Assembly (NCBI GenBank): GCA_964384125.1
Contig: CAYLKA010000005.1
Span: forward strand, 1,554-65,553
Length of the DNA: 64,000 nt
Direction: 5' to 3'
DNA from: an uncultured Gammaproteobacteria bacterium
GTDB lineage: Bacteria > Pseudomonadota > Gammaproteobacteria > Steroidobacterales > Rariloculaceae
Shown: positions 26,577 to 35,325 of the stretch, piece by piece
Position numbering within the stretch: the stretch's first letter is position 1
Layout: the number at the start of each line of letters is the position of its first letter
The notes under the pieces: model-generated
The model's database searches: none
Told to the model about the DNA's origin: nothing
Seen by the model: only the letters and a program-made list of their open reading frames with translations
Program-made: the position numbers and the translations under genes

Positions 26577-27533
26577 TTAAAGAAGCAGGTCCCTGTACTG
26601 CGCGTACAGCGCTCGTTGATCGCTGACGTTCTCGGCGGTGTCTTCGGCCGAAAGCGGTGCCAGTGGAAGGCCGGTGGATATCGACCAGGCCTCTAGTTCG
26701 GGATCGGCAAGCGCGCGACCGAGGGCGTCCCCCAGAACTGTGCGCGCCTCATCAACCAAATTCGGTGGTGCGCCCAACATGCGCTGGACGTTTAGTCGTG
26801 CGAGGTCGGGATGCCCCAGCTCGGCTGCTGTTTGGCTGCTCGGGGTAGCTCTGCTTTCGCTAAGGCTTGCGATGATCTGCAGATCGCCCGCGTCTGTATA
26901 GGCTCTGACTGAGGTCGATGGTCCGAGCGCTACGTCTCCGTCTCCGCGAACGACAGCCAGGATGTAATTCTGGCTACCCTGATAGCCGGTGATGAATCGG
27001 GCGTCGAGGCCGAGTAGATTGGTAGCGATCACCGTCGCCGCGTGGGCACTGGACCGCACGCCTGTTACGGTGAACTTGATGGGTCTGCCGAGAGCCCTTA
27101 AGTCGTCCACGCTTGCAATGCCGTTCGAGCTTTTGACGACCATCGCGTAACGGTCTTCTGACATACGCCCGAGCCATGTGACCTGCGATAGATCGTATCC
27201 GACCGGTTCACCTAGAAGGTCAGGTAACAGTAGCCCGGGAACATTGAACGCGCCGATCGTATAGCCATCGGGCCTGGCTCTGAATATGGCTGTGGCACCC
27301 TTGCGTCCACCCGCTCCCGGCATGTTTCTCGGTATGAGATTGACCTGGTTCGGGAGGTACTTCTGCATGATAGGCAGGACACCTCGTACGTAACTGTCAA
27401 AGCCACCGCCTGCGCTGTAAGGGATGATTACTGTGATATCCCGCTCAGGGTAATCCGCAAGCGACACTGTGCCTGTCAACGCGAAAGTGCTGATCGCCGC
27501 TAAAATTAAGCTAATTTTAAACTTGTCGGCCAC
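26577..27533 (-). CDS. tctC: TctC/Bug-family substrate-binding protein
   Basis: 318 aa with a signal peptide. IIPYSAGGGFDSYVR and RNMPGAGG motifs. Confidence 0.85.
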   Translation of the reverse strand: MADKFKISLILAAISTFALTGTVSLADYPERDITVIIPYSAGGGFDSYVRGVLPIMQKYLPNQVNLIPRNMPGAGGRKGATAIFRARPDGYTIGAFNVPGLLLPDLLGEPVGYDLSQVTWLGRMSEDRYAMVVKSSNGIASVDDLRALGRPIKFTVTGVRSSAHAATVIATNLLGLDARFITGYQGSQNYILAVVRGDGDVALGPSTSVRAYTDAGDLQIIASLSESRATPSSQTAAELGHPDLARLNVQRMLGAPPNLVDEARTVLGDALGRALADPELEAWSISTGLPLAPLSAEDTAENVSDQRALYAQYRDLLL

Positions 27534-27636
27534 GTGATCTCCGTGCTATCCCCATGCGCTGTGAAGCTTATGGGTTCGTTGGCTGGTGTCAATCGCCTAG
27601 TGGTTCGGCGGACCCTAAACCCTGAGCTGCAACAGC

Positions 27637-28104
27637 TTACCCCACCAACCATTCCAGGAGCAGCCCAGCGAAAAGTGGGATTTCGAATCCCATCTGGAAT
27701 AAACCGTAGAGAATGCCCCACGTCGCGGCTCCGCCGATTAAGCCGACCTTGAGTGTTTCCTTTTTCCCAAACCAGAGGAAGCCGAAGACGAGCAAAGGTG
27801 CCGCATAGATAAATCCAAACCCGAGAATTCCAAAGAAGAATAGAAACATCCAGGTGAACATCTGTCGTTCGGCTCCTGCGGCCTCCCGTACAAGGTCCGC
27901 GGTCTCACCTGTCTGAGCGAGCGTGGAGCGCAGCTCGATGAAAAGCTGTGCGAGTGCCAAGACGGTTCCTGGTATCCCCACTATCAGTGGCATCAACCTG
28001 GCTTTATCCGGAAAGCTCAAGGCAATCAGCGACATCGTCGCGAACACCGCGAACATGATGAGCGCAGTAAATACCGATCCATTTAAAAAGATCCTAAATG
28101 GCAT
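27637..28104 (-). CDS. tctB: Tripartite tricarboxylate transporter small membrane subunit TctB
   Basis: 155 aa with 4 predicted TM helices. Overlaps the tctA stop by 11 nt. FPDKARLMPLIVG motif. Confidence 0.75.
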   Translation of the reverse strand: MPFRIFLNGSVFTALIMFAVFATMSLIALSFPDKARLMPLIVGIPGTVLALAQLFIELRSTLAQTGETADLVREAAGAERQMFTWMFLFFFGILGFGFIYAAPLLVFGFLWFGKKETLKVGLIGGAATWGILYGLFQMGFEIPLFAGLLLEWLVG

Positions 28105-29599
28105 TCTTAGCCTTCTTCAGTTTCTTGTTGCGCGCTCGCCAGAAGTAAATTCCGAAGCTGATTATGATCAGAGCCATTAGGGCCATAGCTCCCGGTCGCA
28201 GAATGAAGAGTGGTCCCCAAAGGGCAGTGGCTTTGTGAAAGGAGTCCTCGACGATCGGCCCAAGAATCAAGCCGATCACGAAGGGAGGTCGCGGCCAATG
28301 GTGTCTCTTCATCAGATAACCAAGGGTTCCGAGTACGGTCAACAGCACGAGGTTTTCCCAAGCCCTATGGCTCAGGTAGGAACCCAGATACGTGAGCGTG
28401 AACACGAAAGGAATCAATAGGCTGCCGCGGACATAACTGAGATAGCTGAAACCGGGCGCTACGGCGAAAAACATAAGGACCGCTAAAATATTCGCGATCA
28501 TCAGTGCCCAGATAAGCGTCCAGACGATATCCATACCGGTAAGCGCGAGGCTTGGGCCTGGCTGAATCCCAAGCATCACGAACGCACCCAGAAGAATCGC
28601 CATGCCCGACGATCCGGGCACACCAAAGAACAACGTTGGGAGTAATGAACCGCCTTCCTTGGAATTGTTTGCGGTTTCCGGCGCAATCACACCTTCAACC
28701 GCTCCTTTACCGAAGCGATCAGGAGATTTGGAGGATTGGACGGCATGGCCGTAGCAGATCCATGAAGCAGCTTCGCCGCCTAAGCCGGGAATCATGCCGA
28801 TGAATGCTCCGATAACGGAAGTTCGGATGGTCAGTCCCCAGTGCCGAAACACGTCGCGGAAGCCCTTTAAGACTCCCTGAAGTCCGTAACTTGCCCGTTC
28901 TCTAACTTCAGCAATCGAACCTCCCGCCACTCCAAGGGCGATCATTTCGGGGATTGCAAAGATAGCCAAGACGGCTGTGATGATGTCGATACCGTCCCAG
29001 AGAAACAGGAAGTCGAAGGTATAGCGTTGTGCGCCGGTCTGCGGATCGAGATTGACGAACGCCATCATCAACCCGAACAGGCCAACAAGCAGCCCCTTGA
29101 TCAGTGAGTCACCGGCTAGCATAGCAATGAACGTGATTCCGAAGAGCGCAAGCAGAAAGAATTCCGCGGGGCCGAAGGCGAGTACGACAGGTCGCAACAA
29201 CGGCATTATGGCCAAGAGAAACAGGCCGCCGATTACACCGCCCACTCCCGATGCACCCAGCGCGGCGCCGATGGCCCGACCCGCTTGCCCACTTCGCGTC
29301 ATCGGTAACCCGTCAACCACTGTTGCGGCGTCCGGCCCAGTGCCCGGGACCCCGAATAGAATGCTGGGGATGGCACCGCCGGTGTGTACGACAGAGTGCA
29401 TGGCCACGAGGAATATCGCCCCGGCTAAGGGGTCCATGCCGAATACGAATGGGATGGCTAGAACGATGCCTAGCTTGCCCCCAAGACCGGGGATTGCCCC
29501 GAAGAACATACCGACGGGAACTGCGATCAGCAGGAGCAGTACGTGCGTGGGAGAACCAACGACCGTGACCAGCGCGTTCAGTATTCCACTGATCTCCAT
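28094..29599 (-). CDS. tctA: Tripartite tricarboxylate transporter large permease TctA
   Basis: 501 aa, polytopic. FGAIPGLGG, GVPGTGPDAATVVDG and GMIPGLGGEAASW motifs. Confidence 0.88.
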   Translation of the reverse strand: MEISGILNALVTVVGSPTHVLLLLIAVPVGMFFGAIPGLGGKLGIVLAIPFVFGMDPLAGAIFLVAMHSVVHTGGAIPSILFGVPGTGPDAATVVDGLPMTRSGQAGRAIGAALGASGVGGVIGGLFLLAIMPLLRPVVLAFGPAEFFLLALFGITFIAMLAGDSLIKGLLVGLFGLMMAFVNLDPQTGAQRYTFDFLFLWDGIDIITAVLAIFAIPEMIALGVAGGSIAEVRERASYGLQGVLKGFRDVFRHWGLTIRTSVIGAFIGMIPGLGGEAASWICYGHAVQSSKSPDRFGKGAVEGVIAPETANNSKEGGSLLPTLFFGVPGSSGMAILLGAFVMLGIQPGPSLALTGMDIVWTLIWALMIANILAVLMFFAVAPGFSYLSYVRGSLLIPFVFTLTYLGSYLSHRAWENLVLLTVLGTLGYLMKRHHWPRPPFVIGLILGPIVEDSFHKATALWGPLFILRPGAMALMALIIISFGIYFWRARNKKLKKAKNAI

Positions 29600-29681
29600 A
29601 GCTCGTCGTGGGCCTTACGCGAGGAGCGCACCAGTTAGAGGGATTGGGTATTGATTGAGAGCGGGCACGGAACGATCCACT

Positions 29682-30689
29682 TTAAAACGCGTTAGCGTTC
29701 AGAGCCCTAGAAATGATCTGGATGGACTCGGGAGTCTGATCCAAAGCGCTGACCACGAGTTGCCTCACGTCGTCGCCATAGGCTGGTTCAATCGGTCGGC
29801 CCATGCGGCTTGCTGTTTCGAGCAGTGCCGGGTCCTCCAACGCGGAGCGGTAGGCGGCTCGTAGCGCTTCGAGTTGTTCTTGAGGGGTATTGGGTGGTGC
29901 TGCGCTGATTCGGCCAAGCTCAGCCATGTTGCTGACGAGTTGGACGATCTGGCGGGCCCGCTCGTCGCGTGCATAGTCCATCGCGTTCGGTATCCCCACC
30001 ATGTCACCACCTATCGTGAGGATGTACTTGCCATAACCGGCATCTACAAAGCCTTGGGAGGAACTCTGGGAACCTATCTGGCCACAGATTTCGCCGCGCA
30101 TCATAGCCATTTCGCTCTCGGTGCCTTGATATCCCGGTATGATTTTGATGTTCAGACCGAGCGCCACCGAGAGCAGCCGTGTGTCAGCGTAGGATGCCGA
30201 GCCGATTCCAGCGCCTGAGAATGCAACGGGTTCTTCCGCGGAGATTAGATCATCAATCGTCTGTATTTCACAACGAGCCGATAGGACCATCGCTCGAGGT
30301 TCACCGGCGGCCTTGCCGATCCAACCGAGGTTCCGCAGGTCGAATCGTAACGCTCCGTTACCGGTTAGCTGGCCATAGATGAGGCCGGCGTTGAAGGTGC
30401 CGATGGTCAGGCCGTCTGGCCGAGATCTTGCCAGAGTGTTAGCGCCGATATAGTGCCCAGCACCCGGTACGTTTCTGATAATGACGTGCTCGGCGTTAAG
30501 TTTCTGCTCCAGGTGGCCGCCGATCAAACGTGCATAGGCATCATAGCCACCACCAGCGTTTGTAGCGACGATATACGTGATGTTTTTTCCCGCGTAGTAG
30601 TCATTTACGACCCCCCATAGTGCAGGAGTCGAAAGTGCGAGCGATATCGCTAGGATCACCATACGTACTTTGTGCGATGTGAGCCTCAC
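29682..30689 (-). CDS. tctC: TctC/Bug-family substrate-binding protein
   Basis: 335 aa with a signal peptide. VATNAGGGYDAYARL and RNVPGAGH motifs. Confidence 0.85.
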   Translation of the reverse strand: MRLTSHKVRMVILAISLALSTPALWGVVNDYYAGKNITYIVATNAGGGYDAYARLIGGHLEQKLNAEHVIIRNVPGAGHYIGANTLARSRPDGLTIGTFNAGLIYGQLTGNGALRFDLRNLGWIGKAAGEPRAMVLSARCEIQTIDDLISAEEPVAFSGAGIGSASYADTRLLSVALGLNIKIIPGYQGTESEMAMMRGEICGQIGSQSSSQGFVDAGYGKYILTIGGDMVGIPNAMDYARDERARQIVQLVSNMAELGRISAAPPNTPQEQLEALRAAYRSALEDPALLETASRMGRPIEPAYGDDVRQLVVSALDQTPESIQIISRALNANAF

Positions 30690-30708
30690 CGATTTTTCCT
30701 TCAGCTCC

Positions 30709-31299
30709 TCAATCCTTGGGCGGTACCCAGACGTCCTCGAAACCCTCTGCCGGTTCCAGTTGATCGAACCAGTGAAATCCCATCGGTTTCAATAGTCTGC
30801 TGTTTATCACAACGACCCGTGCTTCGTTATCCGGATCTTCGTTTACGCGTTTGTGTGCGCAGTAGGGCGGTATGTAGATGTAGTCACCTGGTCCCCATTC
30901 GAATTTCTTGGGGGTCGTTTCCCACTCCCAGATGAACTCATCCTCCAGTTTGAAGCTTACGTCGTAGTGTAGGTCGTGCCCCGTACCTTCGATGACGAAA
31001 GCAACCTCCTCGGATAGGTGGCGACTAGTGCCGGTCGCGCCGTTCGAGGGTATGAACTGCATGTAGATGTCGATACAGCATTCTCGCGTGTTCATCCCCT
31101 CATTGATTATGTGTTTTATGAGGCCATCAGCGGTGCGCTCCATGGGCATTTCAGAGGACTTCACAATGTCAGTTCGTTCCCCGTATTCCTTCCGGAATTC
31201 CTTAGATGCTTCGAGTGCCTGGGCGTAGAAATCTGCACTGATATCGGTTCGGGCTCGTTGCCGCTCGATGTCGCTAACGAAAGAAGGTTTATTGTCCAT
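30709..31299 (-). CDS. Monocupin resembling the N-terminal domain of the window's bicupins
   Basis: 196 aa. SRHLSEEVAFVIEGTG and FEWGPGD closely mirror QRHLFEEVVYVLEGRG and FEWGPKS of the bicupin at 48371..49459. Confidence 0.65.
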   Translation of the reverse strand: MDNKPSFVSDIERQRARTDISADFYAQALEASKEFRKEYGERTDIVKSSEMPMERTADGLIKHIINEGMNTRECCIDIYMQFIPSNGATGTSRHLSEEVAFVIEGTGHDLHYDVSFKLEDEFIWEWETTPKKFEWGPGDYIYIPPYCAHKRVNEDPDNEARVVVINSRLLKPMGFHWFDQLEPAEGFEDVWVPPKD

Positions 31300-31332
31300 G
31301 GGAATCTATCCTGTGTGGATGGGGCTGGCGTC

Positions 31333-31887
31333 TTAAAGCGTGGTCGGCGGGGCGTAGTCCTCCTGACCTGGAACCGGCTCTTTCGGCGGAAACTCGACAA
31401 CCTTCTGAAACAGCAGGTGCATGAAGAGGAACAGTGGCTTCGCTTTCATGATCAAGACGATTGTTTCTTCGTCCGGGTCATCTGAAAAGTGCTGATGAAC
31501 GCAACAGTTTTCAACCAGCAATGCATCTCCGGCCTCCCAATCGATTCGGCGCCCGTCGTGCACGTCATGGCCTTTGCCTTTTAGCACGAAGAAGACGGCG
31601 CTGTTCATGTGGCCGTGCTTCTGCCCGTGACCACCGGGTGCAAAGACATCGATATGCGATTCTATCGACTGTGCGACACGGACAGCCTGTGGATTGATGA
31701 CTTTCTTACCGAAGTTCTGAGGGCCACCCTTCCAACCTAGATCCCGCGTGGAATAGATTCGCGGTTGTGAGAAAAGTTCTTTTACGAGCTCGCCGTATGT
31801 TCCTTCCAGCCCACGTACGAACGTTCTTTTCCGGGTCCAGCGCTCCCAGACAACGTCTTTTTCTCCAGTGGATTCCGAGTTCGACAT
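31333..31887 (-). CDS. Monocupin resembling the C-terminal (HxH) domain of the window's bicupins
   Basis: 184 aa. PGGHGQKHGHMNSAVFFVLKGKG plus CVHQHF, comparable to VGTYKKAHRHG...YHQHY in the bicupins. Confidence 0.65.
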   Translation of the reverse strand: MSNSESTGEKDVVWERWTRKRTFVRGLEGTYGELVKELFSQPRIYSTRDLGWKGGPQNFGKKVINPQAVRVAQSIESHIDVFAPGGHGQKHGHMNSAVFFVLKGKGHDVHDGRRIDWEAGDALLVENCCVHQHFSDDPDEETIVLIMKAKPLFLFMHLLFQKVVEFPPKEPVPGQEDYAPPTTL

Positions 31888-31931
31888 TCGAGCTCCTCAG
31901 TTGGCCGCTAGGCCGGTTTTTATTCTGTCTG

Positions 31932-31949
31932 ATAGGCCGATCGGCCTAT
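31932..31949. promoter_or_regulatory. Perfect 18-bp palindrome ATAGGCCGATCGGCCTAT, candidate operator
   Basis: Perfect dyad verified base by base. Lies 45-62 nt upstream of the start codon (31887) of the cupin pair and 72 nt downstream of the NicO-like gene. No T-tract follows on either strand, so it does not look like a terminator. Confidence 0.35.
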
Positions 31950-32020
31950 GAAGTCCAATATACACCATCTTTTAGGGGCCTCGACCGTGTCGCCGTGGGT
32001 CAATTGCCGGATCCGGTGCT

Positions 32021-32728
32021 TCAAAGAGCTCCCAGGCTGTTCGCAAATAATCGAGTGCCGATAATTACAGCGATAGAACCGATAGCTACAGTAACGGCGG
32101 TGTTAAACCAGTTCGCGCAGCGTTCGAGGAGTCGTAAAGGATAGGCGGCGACGAAGGAGAGTGCAGCCATACCCAGTATTGACCCGAGGCCGAAGGTGAT
32201 AACGAATCCGACGGCGTTCAGCAGTGAATCGGCGGCTGCGGCAAGGACCAGTAACCCAGCAGAGCCCGCTGCACCATGCACCATTCCAACCGCCAGGGCC
32301 CGACCCAAGCCGAGTTCCCGATGCCCATGGCGGTGTACACCGCGCAAGTGTTCCCCGTCATCCTGGGGATGAGAGTGTGCATGCACGTGTCGCACTCCGC
32401 CCTGATGCTCATGAACGTGGAAGTGGACTCGCTGCGTCTTAAATTTTCGGAGGACATTAGCACCGAGAAGCACGAGCATTAGACCAACCAGAAGCTCGAG
32501 CAACCCCTCCGTCCGAGGTGAAATGGTCTCGCCGAATACTAGAAGCAAGCCACAAATCGACAACAACGTTATGGTGTGTCCGAGGCCCCAGACGCTTCCT
32601 CGCAGTACGAGCGCCTTACGGGAGGTTCGACCGGTGGTCATTGCGGCTACGGCGGCGAGGTGGTCGGCTTCCAGCGCGTGCTGCATACCGACCAGGCCAC
32701 CAAGCAACAACAAAGTGTAGTATTCCAT
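32021..32728 (-). CDS. NicO/RcnA/UreH-like nickel/cobalt transporter family membrane protein
   Basis: 235 aa with about 6 TM helices. HALEADH motif in TM1-2 and a very His-rich central loop (HFHVHEHQGGVRHVHAHSHPQDDGEHLRGVHRHGH). Confidence 0.55.
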   Translation of the reverse strand: MEYYTLLLLGGLVGMQHALEADHLAAVAAMTTGRTSRKALVLRGSVWGLGHTITLLSICGLLLVFGETISPRTEGLLELLVGLMLVLLGANVLRKFKTQRVHFHVHEHQGGVRHVHAHSHPQDDGEHLRGVHRHGHRELGLGRALAVGMVHGAAGSAGLLVLAAAADSLLNAVGFVITFGLGSILGMAALSFVAAYPLRLLERCANWFNTAVTVAIGSIAVIIGTRLFANSLGAL

Positions 32729-32878
32729 TCTTATCCGTCGCGGTTACCGTTGAACCTGGCCCTAAATTTGGCGGCAACGGAATAAGTATTCGAGCATAGC
32801 GCGTCGAGCGGAATTGTAGCATCCTTAAACGAAGCTAAACGTTAACGAGTCAACAGCCCACGAGGTACCACTAGGCGT

Positions 32879-33994
32879 ATGAGCAAGCATGCCCTCGTCT
32901 CAGACGATATTGCAAAGAAGTTTTCAAAGGAAAAGGAAACACCTTACACCCGTTGGATCCACCAAGAAGGCCTTGAGATTCTTGATGGAATTTACGTCCC
33001 GGATTTGAATTCTGTCTCGCTCAAACCCTGGCCTCGTCGAAATGGGCGTGCCGTGTTCATCAATCACGACGCTTCAAGGACTTCGAATGATTGCTACGTG
33101 TGCGAAATCGGTCCTGGCGACAAGCTAAACGAGCAACGTCAACTTTATGAAGAGCTGATCATGATTCTCGAGGGTCGCGGCTCCACGATGGTATGGAATG
33201 ATGCTGGCCAAAAGGTTTCCTTCGAATGGCAGGCTGGGGCGTTGTTCGCCATCCCTGTAAACGCCCGGCATCAACACTTCAATGGTTCGGGTAAAAATAA
33301 AGTGCGGTTCGTGGCAGTTACGAATCTGCCGCCGATTATGAATGTTTTTGAAGAACCCGAGTTTATCTTTAACACTCCGGTGGATTTCGTCAGCCGGTTC
33401 TCCGGAGAGCCTGATTATTTTGCGCCGAAAGGTGATCTTAGTGGGTTTCTTCTGGAAACTAATTTCGTTGCGGATGCGGTCAATTTGCCGCTAGTTGATG
33501 CAAAGGAACGCGGCGCCGGGAGCGGGCATATCCGTTTCAATATGGCAAAAAGCTCTCTCAACAGTCATATATCTCAAATGCCTATAGCTACCTATAAGAA
33601 AGCCCATGCGCATGGACCAGGTGCGCATGTCATCATATTGTCGGGTAAAGGCTATACCTTGATGTGGCCGGAGGGGGAGGAGCCAAAGAGATATGACTGG
33701 GAGCCCGGCGCGTTAATTACTCCGCCGACGATGTGGTATCACCAGCACTTCAACACTGGAGATACGCCGGCCCGATACCTGGCGTTTAAGTATGAGGGCG
33801 TAGCCATTCGCAATTCACAGGGTGTTCCGAAGGCGTGGATCAGTCGCCGGATCGGCGGGCATCAGATCGATTATGCCGACGAGCGCCGGGAAGTTCGCAC
33901 GATGTTCGCCGATGCACTGGCGAGCCAGGGTCTTGAACCCAAGATGGACCAGCCTTACGAGTTGGAGAAGGAGACGCTACCGCCGCTTCCTTGA
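32879..33994 (+). CDS. Bicupin protein (divergent paralog of 47254..48342 and 48371..49459)
   Basis: 371 aa. First cupin core QRQLYEELIMILEGRG ... RHQHFNGSG. Second core ATYKKAHAHGPGAHVIILSGKG ... WYHQHFNTG. Confidence 0.75.
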   Translation: MSKHALVSDDIAKKFSKEKETPYTRWIHQEGLEILDGIYVPDLNSVSLKPWPRRNGRAVFINHDASRTSNDCYVCEIGPGDKLNEQRQLYEELIMILEGRGSTMVWNDAGQKVSFEWQAGALFAIPVNARHQHFNGSGKNKVRFVAVTNLPPIMNVFEEPEFIFNTPVDFVSRFSGEPDYFAPKGDLSGFLLETNFVADAVNLPLVDAKERGAGSGHIRFNMAKSSLNSHISQMPIATYKKAHAHGPGAHVIILSGKGYTLMWPEGEEPKRYDWEPGALITPPTMWYHQHFNTGDTPARYLAFKYEGVAIRNSQGVPKAWISRRIGGHQIDYADERREVRTMFADALASQGLEPKMDQPYELEKETLPPLP

Positions 33995-34170
33995 TGCCTT
34001 AGTGCCAGTCACGACCACGCTCTAGTTCTTCGTCCAGTTGCACGTGTTGTCGGGGGGGCGCTCTCGGAAACTTCCAGGTCTCCGCTTTATCTAACGTCAC
34101 CCCACTTCGATTGCTAGCGTCCGGCAGCCACTGATACACTGACGAGTCGGTCGAGAGTTCTGGAAAATAC

Positions 34171-35280
34171 ATGGCAAGGCAGGTACTTGCAGCCGTTCGC
34201 ACGGGTGCTCACCAAACGGAGTTTCGGGAATTTCCAATGCCGGAGGTCTCCTCGGACAGTGCGCTGTTGAGGATGGAGGTCGCCGGCATCTGCGGGACGG
34301 ACGTGAAGTTCTATGCGAAGCCCCCGATCGAAGTGCCTGTCATTATGGGCCACGAGAACATCGGCTACATTGCTAAAGCCGGTCGCGAATTCACAGAGCG
34401 AAAGGGGGTAAAGGAGGGCGATCTCGTCTTCGTGGAACATTACGTTCCCTGTTTCTCCTGCGAATGGTGTCACAAGGGAGAATACCGACTCTGTACTGGC
34501 ACGGACTGGCGCAAGAACCCAGACGCGATTCGCTTCGGCTATACATCCGCTGAGCGGCCGCCGCACTTGTGGGGTGGGTTCGCGGAGTACATGTATCTGC
34601 CCTGGAATTCAGTCGTGCATAAAGTCCCGGTCGGCGTCACACCCGAGTTGGCGGGGGTGGTCACGCCAATGGCGAACGGAATCCAATGGGCATTGTTGGA
34701 CTGCGGCGTTGGATACAATTCTCGGGTTCTCGTCCAGGGGCCCGGTCAACAGGGGCTCTCTCAAACTGTGGCGTGCAAACAGGCTGGAGCCTCTCTGATC
34801 ATCGTGACGGGAACGTCAAAAGACAAAGCGAGGCTCGAGGTGGCATTGAAACTCGGTGCCGACTACGCCATCAATGTTGAAGAGGAAGATCCGGTCCAAC
34901 GAATCCGGGAGATCACTGGAGGGGAAGGTGTGGATGTCTCGCTGGACTGTTCCGCGGGGGCGGGAACGGCGCCCGTACTCCTCGGGCTGGAAGCTTTGAA
35001 ACGCAAAGGCGGAACGATGCTGGTACAGGGGGAAGTCTCTAGCTTTCCCGAGTTCCCGTTGGCGAAGGTGACAAACAAGTACGTCACTATAAAGAGTGCT
35101 CGCGGTCACAACCATCTCTCTTGTGAGCTAGCGCTTAAACAACTCGCTTCCGACCGATTCCCGCTCGACTTGATTACCACCCATAGGTTGGGACTGAAGG
35201 ACACCGATCGAGCGATAAAGTCGGTGGGTGGCACAGTGGCCGAGGGCGTTATCCACGTTTCCCTCCTTCCCTGGCAATAG
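34171..35280 (+). CDS. Zinc-dependent alcohol dehydrogenase (MDR superfamily)
   Basis: 369 aa. GICGTD, GHENIG and the structural-Zn Cys cluster CFSCEWCHKGEYRLC. Rossmann motif GPGQQG. Confidence 0.85.
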   Translation: MARQVLAAVRTGAHQTEFREFPMPEVSSDSALLRMEVAGICGTDVKFYAKPPIEVPVIMGHENIGYIAKAGREFTERKGVKEGDLVFVEHYVPCFSCEWCHKGEYRLCTGTDWRKNPDAIRFGYTSAERPPHLWGGFAEYMYLPWNSVVHKVPVGVTPELAGVVTPMANGIQWALLDCGVGYNSRVLVQGPGQQGLSQTVACKQAGASLIIVTGTSKDKARLEVALKLGADYAINVEEEDPVQRIREITGGEGVDVSLDCSAGAGTAPVLLGLEALKRKGGTMLVQGEVSSFPEFPLAKVTNKYVTIKSARGHNHLSCELALKQLASDRFPLDLITTHRLGLKDTDRAIKSVGGTVAEGVIHVSLLPWQ

Positions 35281-35325
35281 GCTTCGGATAACTCGGTTGG
35301 AGCGGCCTGTTTACTCGGGTGAGGG

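Noticed and set aside
29052-29654. 200-aa plus-strand ORF opposite tctA. Also 29251..29568 and 28107..28361.
   Set aside because: Shadow ORFs of the well-supported TctA permease, with Pro/Arg/Ala-rich translations.
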